Position numbers and translations under genes: made by a program. 64,000 nucleotides of DNA from Azolla caroliniana. Lineage: Eukaryota; Plantae; Polypodiophyta. Of the stretch, positions 46,250 to 59,867 are shown one piece after another. The stretch covers positions 8,246,001 to 8,310,000 of the forward strand of contig JBHGNT010000014.1 in the NCBI GenBank assembly GCA_043228905.1. The letters are read 5' to 3'. Position 1 is the first letter of the stretch; each line of letters begins with the position of its first letter. A model generated the notes under the pieces. That model worked only from the letters and a program-made list of their open reading frames with translations. It was not told the origin of the DNA and ran no database searches.

Positions 46250-49200
46250 GTGCCAGTGCAGGTAGCGGAGTATATGATTTGGATCGAGAAGAAAGGGAAG
46301 AATTTGTGTGTGTCGGGAGTATATGCGAAATTAGACCAAAAGTACAACTGACTTCCGAGTGTTGATCAATGAGTTCTCGATGGCATAAAATCTTGTTGTT
46401 CCTGAAGGTGGTGGATACGAAAGACCGACGAGAATTGGGCAGCCTTTTGGAGGATGAAATGCAACCAAATGGCTTCGTGGCGGACTGGGCGGCGGTGAAG
46501 AATGCTTGCAACCGTCTTGATAAGCGTCAACAATGGCTAGAGGAGACTGACCTAGAGAATCCACAATCGTGGAGGAAGGCACCTACAACGATCGAGCCTA
46601 GCAAGCTAATCAACAAATTCGACAAGAAAGCGATGGAGGAATCTATAATCAAAGAGCTCTCCAAGAATTTTGAAGCGGTATCACTAGACAACTTAGGTCG
46701 ACGCGGGCCCAAGGGAAAATAAGCGTTTAGATGTGTGGGGTGATAGCTTCGAGCACTCACGAAGGGAATGTGCTGACTTGGCAAAATGCAATTCGTAAGA
46801 AAGCCGTCTATTTGGATGGCAACATGATGCACTCTAGCGAGACCCGGAAGCCACTACGAGTGAACTTCAGAAGTGGCGGACTGAAAAAGATTGTGGAAGA
46901 GGAAGATACAAGGCATGTGGAAGCTATGCATTATGCCGCATCGGCCGGGATACGACTTGGAAGAGAGAATCTTAAAATGATCGAGCTAGGAGCTGGGTTT
47001 TGCCCAATAGTCGTCGAGTGCGAGAAAAAGGAAAAATCAATTCGGAGGATCTAAAGCTTGTTGTTCGAAAGTTGCGACGAGTTACCAGATGGTCAGATCT
47101 AGTTGACGATAACACAAGCTTTGCGGAGGTTGTGTGCGACAACTATGAAGCTCTTGTCGAAGAGAAGACGGAAAGAAACGGTGAAGAAGATGGCACATCA
47201 AAGCATCCCAGCACGAGGAACGCAGGGAAAGAGGGACAAGTCCAACCTACGCCACGAAAAGAGGTTGGAGAAACAAGCATGAAGCCTTGTGGATCGAGCT
47301 AAGCTACTCGAATGGAAGTTGATGAATCAACGAAGAAAGGAAAAGAACGAGTGACACCGACTTACAAGAACGAGCTAAGGTCAGACATAGAACAAACAAC
47401 TGACTTGCGGAAGGTCCTTGAGGAGAAGGTTTAGACAATCACATTGACCTTACTTTTGCAAAACTACTTGGGATCCCGAAGAAGGAGTTCCATGATACTA
47501 TCGTGGACCTTATTAAAAGGAAACGACAACAATCGGATGAAGAGGAGGTGAAAACAAGTGCCATAACCATGGCAAGATTGGAAGAGGAGGAGGAAGAAGA
47601 AGTGGTGGTAGACAACCATTACTCTCGACCTCATTGGGCAAGAGCGACAACGGAGACGCCGGTGAAGATGGGGGAGAAGAAAGGGACTGTGGTAGCCTTG
47701 ATTGACTATGGCGCGGAGATCAACCTCATGTCGACCGAGTTCTAAAAGAAAGGAAGATGGCCGATTAATACAAACCATGGATGGAAGATTCGAGCGACAA
47801 TGAAGGCCACAGAGGACTTGTACTGAGCTTGCCCCAATGTTAAAGTCACGATCGGGGATGTGGAGATTGATCAACACTTCTTCGTGCAAGACTCGGCTTC
47901 ACATCCTGTCATCCTTGGAAAACCATATATAACATCGTCCTAGATGGAGACCAAGGTATTCGATAATGGAGCAACCTTCGCACGAGTCAAGGGTCTTGAC
48001 AGTAAAAGATATAATCAATTCTTGATGGTGCGAGCTAATCACGAAAGGAATCGAGATAGCCTTGGAGACGAATCCTCGGATTTTTAAAGTGCACTATTAA
48101 AGCATGGGGCACAAATAGTCTGAGCAATCATAAGTCCCCACAAGGAATCAAAGCACGTGGATTGCAAGGAGAAGCAACATGCATCACACCTAGTGGTGCA
48201 TGTAAACTAACACTACTCAACAAGAAGGACAAGCGTCAGATACAAGACTTCAAGAAGGTATTGAAAGAAGAAAGCATAATAGGAGAAGAAGAATTCGTGA
48301 CTCATATTCTGGAGGAAGCCTCCTTTAATGACACCATCGGCGAAATCGAGGAAGTCGTGGACTTGAGCTATCCTCACGATCAACATGTGATTTTGGTTAA
48401 TTCCGTCAACATGTACACTATCATCGATGAATATTATCAAGGTATCTTGCTGGAGGAAGCTGAAGGCAAAACAAAATATAAAATGGTGGATAGGAAGATC
48501 AAGCCAGTTGCAGTTCCACTATCGGAAGATAGCTGGCAAAAGATGAAGGAAGTTATAAAAGAATCTGAAGGTAATAGGTCACGTTTTCACTGAAGAGACG
48601 AAGGGAAAGCTACGAGTTGGAAGGGAGGATTTCCTCCTCCTGGAAGAGGAGAGAATGTTCCACGGAATTCTCGAAAGACATGGGAAGGCTTTCGCATTTT
48701 TCCTATCGGAAATCAGATGTGTTGATCCAAGGACGGTAGAACCAATGGTGATCTTCACGGTGCCACATGTGCCTTGGAATTTGAAACCGATATTGGTTCC
48801 GTTAGCACACCTACCGAAGCTGATCGAGCTCATAAAGGAGAAGGTGAATATGATAATTCTGGAACCATCGAACGCTCCTTATTCTAATAGGTGGTTCACG
48901 GTGCCAAAGAAGAATGGATCGTTGCGATTCATCCAAGATCTTCAACCCGTCAACAAGGTGATAATTCGGAATGCTCGAATCGGTCCTAGTGTGGATGAAT
49001 TTGCCGAGGCGTTTGCGGGAAATTACAGTTGGCGGTCGACAGTCGTGACATTACAACCATGAGGACTCCGATCGGGCTTGTGCGGATGTGTACCTTGCCT
49101 CAAGGTGCAACAAACTCGGTGGCTCATATGGTGAATGCCATGAACAAGGTCTTGAAGGATTGCATCCTGAGCATCACAATGCCATTCTTGGAGGACATTC

Positions 49201-52200
49201 TGATAAAAGGATATTCGGATAAGGAGAAGGATGAATTGAAAGATAAGGATGGATGCAGAAAGTTTGTCGTGGATCATATGAGAGATTGTGAGAAGGTACT
49301 CCAAAGGCTCAAAGATGCGAATTTGACATTTTCGGGAGAAAAATCCGCATTCGGGCAACCAAAGATCTTGGTGGTAGGTCACTTGTGTGGAGCATACGGC
49401 CGGAAGCCTTCGCCATCCAAGGTGAATGCGATCCAAGACATGAAAGAAGAATGGTTCCTTGGAGCATGTGCGTTTTATCATATTTGGATTCCACACTACA
49501 CCCACATTGCTGAGCCATTGTACGGTCTACTAAAGAAGAAGCGGAGGTTCGAATGGACGAGTGAGCATACTTTCTCCATCCGAAGGCTGAAGAAATTATT
49601 GATGGAGGCACATGCATTACAGAAGGCGGACTATTCAAACGGCAAGCCCATTTTCGTGACCGTGGATACTAGTTCGACTGGAATTGGATGGGATATGCAA
49701 TTCGGTTTGGCGCGAAAGTGTTAAGTGACAGGCAAAGAAGGTAAGCCTAGGTGAAGAGGGAGCTATGGGGAATCGTTCTGGTGATCAAGTCTGATCGTGA
49801 CTACTTTTTTGGGGCAAAAGTCATAATTGAGACAGATTGATTACCAATCTTGGGTATGATATCTGGTTGTAGTACACCAGATATTGCCATGCTACTTTGG
49901 ATTGCATATATCAAATCAATCAACCCGGAGATCTGTCATGTAGCTGGGAAGCATAATGTCGTTGCAGATATGCTATCACGAGCGAGATACGACAGAGAAG
50001 AAGATCGACATTCTAATGAAGAGGATGTTGGCTTTGATTTCCTTACAAGTTCCTACCCTCGAGTGATGACTACATTCATAGAAGAGGACTAGGAAGGTGA
50101 ATTTGTGGAGATCGGGAAATATTTGAGTTCTCTCCAAAAAGATGAATCATGGGCAACAAAAGACTTCCACCGCATTTGGAAGGTGTACAAGTATTTCCTT
50201 AATGATGGAGCTCTTTGGAGGCATGAAAAAAAGAAGAATGGGACTTTGATGAGAGTTGTCTGCAACCTAGAAGACCGACAAAAACTAATGTCTGAATTTC
50301 ATGATAGTGTTTTTGCAGGCCATCTAGGAATATGGGCTACATTCGCAAAGATTAAGGAGAAATATTGGTGGTCGGGCATCTACAAAGATGTAGCAACTTA
50401 TGTGGAAACATTTAAGGAATCTCAGATGCTTTCGAATGTTCGCCATCAAGATGAACTTCATCCGACTTACCTGTTGGCTATGCATTACAAGTGGATGGTG
50501 GACATCGTAATAATGCCAATGGGGCGATGGCAAATGAAGTATCTTGTGCTTGCGAGAGAGGATCTTACCAATCAAGTTGAAGGGTGAGCATTGAGAGCTA
50601 AGGAGACATCATCAGTATGCATATTCCTTCTTGAAGATATGGATGCATTGACAAGATAGTGCCTGATAGAGGTGAGTTGGACGCCAATGAAGTTAAAGAA
50701 TTATTCTCTGGGATGGGAATCAAATTATCTCTCACCACGACGTATAATCCGGAAGTGAATGGGAAAGTGGAACGTGGACATGGACCGATTGTGAAGGCTC
50801 TAGTGAAAGCTTGCCATGGGAAAATAGGAGAATGGCCGCATCTATTGCCATTTGCACTATGGGCTGACTGACAGGACTCCTCATAGCACGGTGACGGGAT
50901 ACATGCCGACAAAGCTCGTATTCAGACAAAAGCCGATAATGCCAGTGGAACAAAGTATTGTTTCATGGTTTGCATTTCCATGGCAAGATGAGATAAGTAG
51001 AGAAGATCTTCTAGCATTGAGGATTTGACAGTTGGAGCAAAAGTTGGAAGATATAGAAGTTGCTAAAGCGCAGCTAAAGAATGCAAGGCTGAAGAACAAG
51101 AAAGACTTCAATAAATGACATCGACTTCGTCCGAGGAAAATCATTGAAGGAGATTAGGTGCTGGTCTACGATAGTAGCCTAGACAACCAACATAGTACAG
51201 CTCGAAAATTTTCACAACGATGGTTTGGACCATATGTGGTGAAGAAAGTGGAAGATAATGCAACATATCGTTTAACTGAACTGGATGGTACACCACTTGC
51301 CTTGCCAATTACTGGGAAAAGAATCAAGATCTTCAAGAGAAGAGACATAATAGAAATCAGATTCGAAGCTTTCGATGATTTTGTCTTGGGCATCGATGGA
51401 AAAGTAACGTAATCAAAAGTGGAGCCTCACCAAAATTGGTACATACCGGTGGATGTGCAAGTTTGGTGGGGGCGAAAGTCGTGTGATCCTTCACACACAT
51501 TGTAAAAAATAATGAAATAATTATTTTATATTAGCTTAATGGCTTGTTATAGAAAAATGGATGTCTTCAAGAGTTTCTGAATGCATTTTACTACATATAA
51601 AATGGATAACTACATATTAAGTTATGTAAGTATGAAACTTCAGAGGATGAGGGAATACTAGAACTTTGAGATATCCCACATAGATAGGAAACTTGGGCCA
51701 AGCTATCCAGATGAACTGATGTGGCCAAATTGCCCCAGAAGGATGGATGTGGCTGAAGAGCTCGTAATGGTCTTGGACCGGACGGATTGGATGATCGGGA
51801 CGGACCATATCGGATCGGATGGTGCACAAGCCGTAACTAAACGTGGAGGCCATGCACAACTAAAGTAAACGTTGTGAGGGACTAAAGTAAAGGTCATGTG
51901 GATGCATGCAATGGGACTTGAGATGCAAACTGGAGTTCCTCATGCAAGTGTATCTTCGTGTGGTAATTGGCGATGAAAATTGGAGTTTCTCATGCAAGTG
52001 TATCTTCGTGTGGTAATGGGGAATCCGAAGCAGTTAAGGGAAGGAAGAAAAAATAAATCGAGGACGTTGAGGAAAAGACCTGAATCCTAGTTTTCTTATG
52101 GGATCTATCCCTCGAGGAAGCAATAAACCCTAATTTCCTTATTGAAGCCATAACACTCATAAACCCTAATTTGATGATCGAAGCCATAAACCCTAATTTC

Positions 52201-52639
52201 CTTATTGAAGCCATAACACTCAAGAACCCTAATTTTCTGATTGAAGCCATAAACCCTAATTTCCTTATTGAAGCCATAACATTCAAGAACCCTAATTTTC
52301 TAATCGAAGCCTTAAACCCTAATTTCCTTATTGAAGCCACAACACTCAAGAACCCTAGTTTTCTGAAGCCATCTTTCGAATAAACCCTAATTGTTCCTTA
52401 TTGAAGCCATATCTCCATTTCTTTTAATCTATTACTCTATTAATCTCTATAAGCTAGAACTTCTAGAATCCCAATCTCGGGATACATTGTAATTTTTCTT
52501 TTTCTTGCTAATGAAAATTACTAAATTTTCTCATTTCCGTTAATTCGTAAAACGTAAACGCACGAATCTGATATCCTCTGGTTGGACGCCCCAAGGTCCT
52601 GCCTCAAGTCCACGTGTCTGTCATTTTTTTTTCACGACA
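46250..52639 (+). mobile_element. Degenerate Ty3/gypsy: gag-protease, frameshift, pol and 3' LTR 51477-52639
   Basis: HYSRPHWARATTE..ALIDYGAEINLMS, RFIQDLQPVNKV, LPQGATNSVAH and NGKVERGHGP. PPT GGTGGGGGCG, and the LTR ends CACGACA. Many premature stops. Confidence 0.9.
52113..52410 (+). repeat. Tandem repeat of 27/36-bp units containing AAACCCTAA inside the LTR
   Basis: About 9 copies of (A/G)AACCCTAATTT..T.ATTGAAGCC(AT), some extended by AACACTCAAG. Confidence 0.9.
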
Positions 52640-54230
52640 ACATCCTGAATATGCTCGAGTGTTGGCCTCTACATGAAGTGACTTATCATGCTCACTGGAT
52701 AGCTAAGATCGGATTGTGTGATGGTTAGATAAATTAGGATTTTGATGATTTGTTAGAACCGTTTCGCATCGCATGCCACTCCCGAGTCATGGAGAAGCTT
52801 CAGGTTTCGATCAAGAGGAGTGGAAACGGATCGACAATCCTTCATGCCAAATTTATACAACATATTTAAGACATAGTGTCGTTGAGTTAGTAATATGCCA
52901 TCAAGGGTGTGGATCACTTCAATCCCGAGGAAGTAATGAAGGTCCCCTAAATCCCTCATTTCAAATGCACTTGACAACGTGGACTTTAATCGGCTAATGT
53001 TACCAAGGTCAGGGCCGATGACAACCAGGTCACCCACATATAGCAATATGCACACCGAACCTCAAACACCATCTTATGCAACCGTTGGTGATTTTGGAGT
53101 TCCAAACTTGTGGGGCCTATTTGAGGCCGTAAAGCGACTTTTATAGTCCACATACTGCTCACTTGTTCAACTCTGACTAAAAACCAGGGGGTTGAACCAT
53201 AAATACTTGTTCTTCAAGGCCGCCTCGAAGAAATGCGTTCTTGACATCCATATGATGGAGATGACACCCCATTGCCGCTGCTACGACTAGCACCACACAG
53301 ACTGTTGTCATCTTCGACACCAGTGTGAACGTCTCGTCATAGTCGATGCCATGGGTCTACGCATAACCCTTGGCCACCAATCGGGCCTTATACCAGTTGA
53401 CCAAACCGTCGATGGTGTACTTCACTTTTTACACCCATTTACATCTAATCGGTTTGCAGTTTCAGCGAGGGTCAACCAAGTCCCATGTCTTGTTGACATC
53501 TAGTGGTCGCATTTCTTCCTCCATGGCCAATCGCCATTTTGCTTCTTGTGATGCCTCCGCATAGCTTTCAAGCTCACGGACATCTGCCACTTTCGAGATA
53601 TGCCATGTACTCATTGTATCCATACCGGATCACTGGGTTCTTTTGGCGAGTCGATGGATGTAACTTCTCATTTGCCAATTTTAGGGCCCTCTTGGCTGCA
53701 TCTTATGTCAACTCTTGAGGTTCCTTTTCACTTTGGTTGGAATCGGATTCTCCTGATCTGATGCACCTCTGTCTATGTCGTACTCCAACATCTTCATTTT
53801 CCCCTTTTCCTTCCGCGTAAACTCTCTCATTGGTTTCTGATGCGGGGACTACATGGCAGAGTCTCCACTACTTGCCGGTTCTTCATTCGGCTAGTCGTTT
53901 CGACTCAACTCTTCAGCCGGTTGGTCCTTTGGACTCAACTCTTCATTCGGCCAGTTTTCCAGAATGAAATCGGACTCTCTTCTAGAGTGTTGATTTCTTC
54001 TTCTTCAAACAACTTCTTGGTGTCACTGGCTACAATAATCGGAATGGAGTCGTCGGGAGTCAGAGACGGATTACTCATATATCTGCTCACCATTCCGATT
54101 GCAAATACTATGTCTGGTCTCGTACTGACCATCGCATACATTAAACTACTGACGGCAGAGGCATATGGTACTTTCATCTTCTCCGCCTTGTCCTTCTCCT
54201 CTTTTGGAAATTTCCTAGTATTCAACTTGC
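52640..54230 (-). mobile_element. Decayed copia RT fragments (at least two elements)
   Basis: LLYVGDLVV..FEMRDLGDLHYFLGIEV and VPYASAVSSLMYAMVSTRPDI. Confidence 0.75.
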
Positions 54231-55619
54231 AATTACTCGATGTGAAGTCAAATTTTGCTCGTAAGAAAAGATCGTGGAAAATACATTTGATGCAAAAGGT
54301 GTATTAGAATAAAGCATGATATGAAAGGTTCAAGAGTTAAAAGACGAAGGAACTTGAAGGGATATTAAGTTAGAGGCGTTTTTCAAAATTAGAAAAAGAC
54401 AAAAAAGACGTAGAAAAAAAGGCAAACAAGCAAGGGAGAGAAAAAGCTCATAACTTTTAAAAGAAAACATTTGTAAGAAAAGATGACAAATTTGGGATGA
54501 AAAAGCTAAACTAGGAATATAAAAAAAGTTGACTCACATAAACTCGAAGATATGAAAAAAAAAGAAAAGAAAAGAAAAAAACAAGAATAGTGCAACTATA
54601 AACTTTATAAATAGGAAGGTATTCTTAGCAATTAGGGAAGAAAGAAGAATAAGAAGGCTAGAAGAAGTGAAAGGAGTCTTAGTACAAGAAAGAGAGAAGG
54701 AGAAAAGACTATTATTGATTAGGGTCATTAAGATTAACGTAGTTCTTTGGTGGGGTTGTTCTTTTTAGAGTCCAAGAAGATTGTATTGTTTTCTTAATAA
54801 TATATTGAAATATTCTTTTTCTCTTCCTCTTATCTTCTCTATCATTTTTCTATCTCTCCTCATCATTTTGGCGCTCCAAGGAGGGCCAATTCTTTTTGTA
54901 TCAAAGGAAAGGCAAATTATTTCTGTATTATTGGAAAGTCTGATTTTTAGCCAAGATGGATTTTTGCAGGTGATGGGGTACAAGATGCGTGAGCATTCTT
55001 GGCCGCCTCCAAACATCACACAATATCAATAGGGAAGATGATAGATTTGGAGACACTGCCTCTATTGATGGCCACTTTTTATGGACGAGCAAGGGATTGG
55101 TATGAGTCCTTGCAAACTAACCAACAAGTTAATTACCAATTGTTGGTGTAACAATTTAAAGCAAAGTATATTAGACGTCGTAATGCAACGGAAGTGCAGG
55201 AGGAACTCATTCGTTTGCGGATGTCGTCAACAATGGAGTATAACGATTACAAGAGGGAGTTTATTGACATCTTCTCTAGTTGATCGATGTCATTCTCAAT
55301 GACTTCAAAAGCGTTTGATATAGCCATCTGGGTTGAATCATCAACATTTGAACGCCAACATGTCCCACATGTCTTACATCTATACATGTCTCTATCAATT
55401 GGGATTTGCTGGGAATTTTCCTCCCAAGAGGTTTGCTATTAATATCTTCTTAATGAAGCTTAAATGTGACTAATTCTTTCCCTCTTGATGATTTTCAGTT
55501 TCTTTCTTTTCCTCAATGTTTCTATAATCTTCTTGAGATTTTCCAATTGGCATTTGCTCCATTTGAATGAGTTCCATTTGCTATAGCCAACTCCATGACT
55601 AGTTTCCTACCCATTTACC

Positions 55620-55750
55620 TGAACATTTGAAGAATTACTTTGGGGAATATCATATTGAACTTCTTATATATTAGAAGATGATTGGGGTTGTAAAGAATCA
55701 AGAGATGGATTCTGTGCAGTGGAATAGATATGAACTGTGTGTGTTGTGTG

Positions 55751-55786
<36 letters not shown>

Positions 55787-58700
55787 TGAGTGAGTGAGAG
55801 AGACAAGGAGTAAGACACAGAGAATACGCAAGGTAAAAACTATTAACAAAGGAGAAAGACTCAACATTATACAAGGTGGGAGGAGAGTACTTTATATAGT
55901 CACCCTCTCTCTTCATTAACTACAAGACTCATGGAGCATGGGGAATGTGAAAGCTCATAAGTTATGTGTCATAGAATATGATTCTATGACTCATACTAAA
56001 TGCTAGAATACAAAGTGGTGACATAATGGTGACTCTTGACTGTTGGAGTGTCTATTCACTCTTAAGGTGAGTTCACACACTAGACCAAGTTGAGCTTGAT
56101 TCTCAACACGCCCCCTCAAGCATAAGTCGGGTCGGTTTCAGACGGTATCCGAAATCCGCTTCGACTCGGGTTCCGGAGTCCGCATCAACTCGCATTTATG
56201 CGGAGTTGTGGAATCCGTGCTCCAGCTTGCGTTGTGCATAGTTGCGAAGTCTGTGCTTCGGCTTGCATATTTCTTCGCGGCTTTGTTGCGCGGTTGCGGA
56301 ATCCACGCGTTATTGCGTAGTGTCTTCAGTACTCCCCCTCAAGCTTGGCAGGTCAGGGATCGTCAATCTGAGATCGGTCATGAATTGCCATAGCTTGTCG
56401 GCTCCTAAGGCTTTAATGAAGATGTCGGTCATTTGAAGATTTGTGCTAATGTGTTGTAGGTCGACATCTCCTGCTAGAACGCGCTCTCGGATGAAGTGAT
56501 AGTGCACTTTGATGTGCTTTGTCCGCGCGTGGAACACCGGGTTCCGAGCCAGATCAATATTGCTCATGTTGTCGCAGTAAAGGGAAGTCTGATCCTTGAT
56601 GGGTACACCTAGATCCTTGAGTATCCTTTTGAGCCATACGACTTCACATGTGGCCACTGCCGCACCCCTGTATTCCGCCTCTATGCTTGAAAGAGCGACG
56701 GTTGGTTGCTTTTTGTTGTTCCACGATATTGCTCCGCTACGGAGGGAAAAAACAAATCCGGAGGTTGATCTTCTATCGGCTTTGTAGCCAGCCCAATCGA
56801 CGTATGTGTATCCCTCAAGTCGTATTGGCATCGCGGTCTTGTAGAGGATGCCGCAATTCATTGAACCACTCACGTATCGTAGAACTCGCTTAGCGCAATC
56901 CAAATGAGTATCACGCGGTGTTTGCATGAATTGACTAAGGAGACTGACCGGATAACTGAGATCCGGTCGAGTGATCGTGAGGTACATGAGACTCCCGATG
57001 AGTTGTCGATACTGAGTCGGCTCACACTCTTTGGTGCTGGAGTTCGCATCTAGTTTGAGATTGCGATCGAGCGGGGTTGCCGCGTATTGGCGCTAAGCCA
57101 TACCGAGCTTGTATAAGAAGTTGAGGATGTAGTGCCGTTGAGAGATCATGATTCGGGCAGGAGTCTGAATTACCTCGATGCCGAGGAAGTAGTGGAGCTC
57201 CTTCATGTCCGTCATCTCAAACTTGTTGGAAAGGAGGGATTTGACCTTATTGATTTCGATGAGATGCTCACCTCCAATGACTAGGATCTCCACCTTCTCG
57301 CTCTTGTTCGGTTGGTTCCGCGTCGATTAGGGTCGAAGTCAGAATCTTCTCTGGTGCGTACCAGGATGCGGACTCATAAAAAACGACGTCTCGACTTACT
57401 CGATATTTTCGAGTTGAGTGGTTGTAGCACTTGTAACCCTTTTGCTCCAATGAGTATCCTATGAGGATACATTTCTCCGACTTTGGGTCAAGCTCGCTTC
57501 TCGTCGGGGATGTGCACGTATGCAATGGAGCCGAATATCTGAACATGTGATAGGTCCGGCTTCTTTCCAAAGAACTTCTGGTGCGGAGTGACCTCGTGCA
57601 CTCCGGATGTTGTGCACCGGTTCATTAGGTACATGGCTGTATTTGCAACTGCGGCCCAATATGACTTGGGCATATGCTTCTCGTTCATCATGGCCTGCGC
57701 TACTTCGAGGATGTGCCGATTTCTGCGCTCGACTACTCCTTTTTGTTGTGGAGTGTGTCCTCAAGTGAATTCTCACCGAATTCCTTCCTTTCGGAGATAC
57801 GCCGTGAAATCGTCTGAGAAGTACTCCTTGTCGCCATCCGATCGAAGGCATCGTACATGACGACCAGTGGCTTTTTCGACTTCATTTTTAAACCTTTGGA
57901 AGTGTCTAAACACTTCGCTCTTTTGCCCCATCCAATAGAGCCACGTGTGCCTGGAGAAGTCGTCGATGAAAAGCACGTAATATCGACATTTGCCGAATGT
58001 AGCCATCTGCGTCGGTCCCCATACGTCGGAATGGACTACGTCGAGTAGACCTTTGCTCACGTTCCGCTCTTTCGGGAATGGGTGTTGGTGTTGTTTGCCG
58101 AATTGGCATGCTTCGCATACACCTTCAATCTTCTTCTCTTTGAATGTCAGGAGTCCGATGACGACTTCTTTCGATTTCATTGCTTTGATTTTGTTGAGAT
58201 TGATGTGGTCGATTCGCTTGTGCCATAGCTCTATGTCGGAGTCGGCTTTCGTGCTTTTTGCGAACATGGCGTATTTCATCTCGTGTGAATTGAGAATGAA
58301 CATCCGGCCCTCTCTTCTTCCGCGTGCGATGATTCGGCCCTCTTTTCTGATGAAGCACCCTTCTTGGTCGAATCGTACTTGCATCCCTTGCTCAACCATT
58401 TGGCCGACCGAGACCAAGTTCTTCGTGATGGTGGGAATATGCAAGACATTTATAATGTATGTTTGCTTACCTCTTTCGCCGAATGGAACATTGTCGATGT
58501 GCCGTAGCGGGTGCGTAGTGTCATCTCTGGTTTCGACATAAGCGGGTTGCTCTGGCTCTCGAAGTTCAAGAAACCATTCTTTATGAGATGTCATATGGTT
58601 TGAAGCTTCGGATTCAACAAACCATACGTCCTCCGAATTGAGAGCACTAGTTGAGGTAGAGGCCGACATAGCGTTTGCTCTATGTTTCATCATAAACATT

Positions 58701-59067
58701 CCGCCATGGTCAGAGTTGTGTGCATACATTCCATCACGATCTTCGTAGTCGGAGTTGTGCCTGTACATTCCGCTATGATCTTCGTAGTCGGAGTTGTGTG
58801 CATAATTCGTGAGTTGTCGACTTGTGGAAGCCGATTCACGCAACTTCTTTCGGCCCTCTTCTTTGTGGTGGGCGAGCTTTCCGCAATATCCACATTCGGT
58901 TGCGTTTTGACGGTTTGGGCCGGAGTGGAAGCTCCCCCTTCTTGCAAAGGTTCCTCGTTGGCTTCCATTTTGTGGCCGAAATTGGGAGTTGGTGTTGTAG
59001 GTTGGACCTCGTCCGCCTTGTCCTTGGCCGAATCGGCCTCTCGCTCGTCTGTGTCCTCTTCTTCCGT
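55620..59067 (-). mobile_element. Copia with an internal deletion: gag end, protease, integrase, partial RT, RNase H and 3' LTR (about 55620-56108)
   Basis: CGYCGKLAH, HSDVWGP, RSDGDKEY, TRPDLSY, DRRSTSG and NPVFHARTKHI. Integrase jumps to mid-RT at about 57290. PPT-like GAGGGGG at 56109-56121. The gag is cut by the LTR at 59068. Confidence 0.85.
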
Positions 59068-59867
59068 TGTCGTGCCTTTCGGCTCCGGATCGTTGCGTGA
59101 GTCGGGTGGGAACCACAGAGGTCTTGGACTAGGAGAAAGAAGTTCGTGAGATAAAGATTAATTATGAATAAATAGCGAAGAGAAAGATAAGAAACTCGTG
59201 AATCACACGAGTATACTATATTAATTGGTACTTAGGGTGTTAAGAGAGAAGTAGATGTATAAATCGTGAATCCCACGAATAATTTTTGTATTGATTAATA
59301 CTTAATCCAAATAACCAACAACCCTTTACATATTTCTCTCCTCCTTATATAAGGAAAGAAGAGCTAAGCATGGCTTCATGCTTTTCTTTTTTTTACAAAA
59401 AGTGTTCATGTCCACTAAATGTGCATGTGATGCTTTTTTTTATTTCCTAAGTATAGGGCTCATGCACGCTAGATGTGCATGAGTTATTTTTAGTGTCTCG
59501 CGTTTTTCTTTTTCATATATTAAAAAAAATACACGATTTACCTTTTAATAAAGGTATGCATAAATAAAGGTCTTATACATATTAAATCTATATTTAGAAC
59601 ACTTAAGATAGTTTAATGTAATGGTAAGGTTGGGGTTTGTCAACGTGGAGGTGCAGAGTTCGAATCACGCCCTGCGCAGTAGTGAGTATTTCCTTTCTTT
59701 TTACATTTATGTCTCTTTATCCGGCTCTTCCTTGCCGGTATGCCGTTTTCTTCCTTGCCGGTATGCCGTTTTCCTCCTTGCCGGTATGCCGTTTTCTTCC
59801 GGTTCTCCCCGAGCACTCCATTCTCTATCCGGAGGAACAAAAATATAATTTCCACATAGTGTGCAAC

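Noticed and set aside
51990-52383. Repetitive ORFs (SIRKLGF)n / (IEAINPNFL)n, or an interstitial telomere
   Set aside because: They are translations of an LTR tandem repeat. The AAACCCT motifs are isolated and not tandem telomeric repeats.
57773-59116. 447-aa ORF as a standalone RGG-rich gene
   Set aside because: It is a copia gag-pol fragment, and its apparent start lies inside the inserted LTR that begins at 59068.
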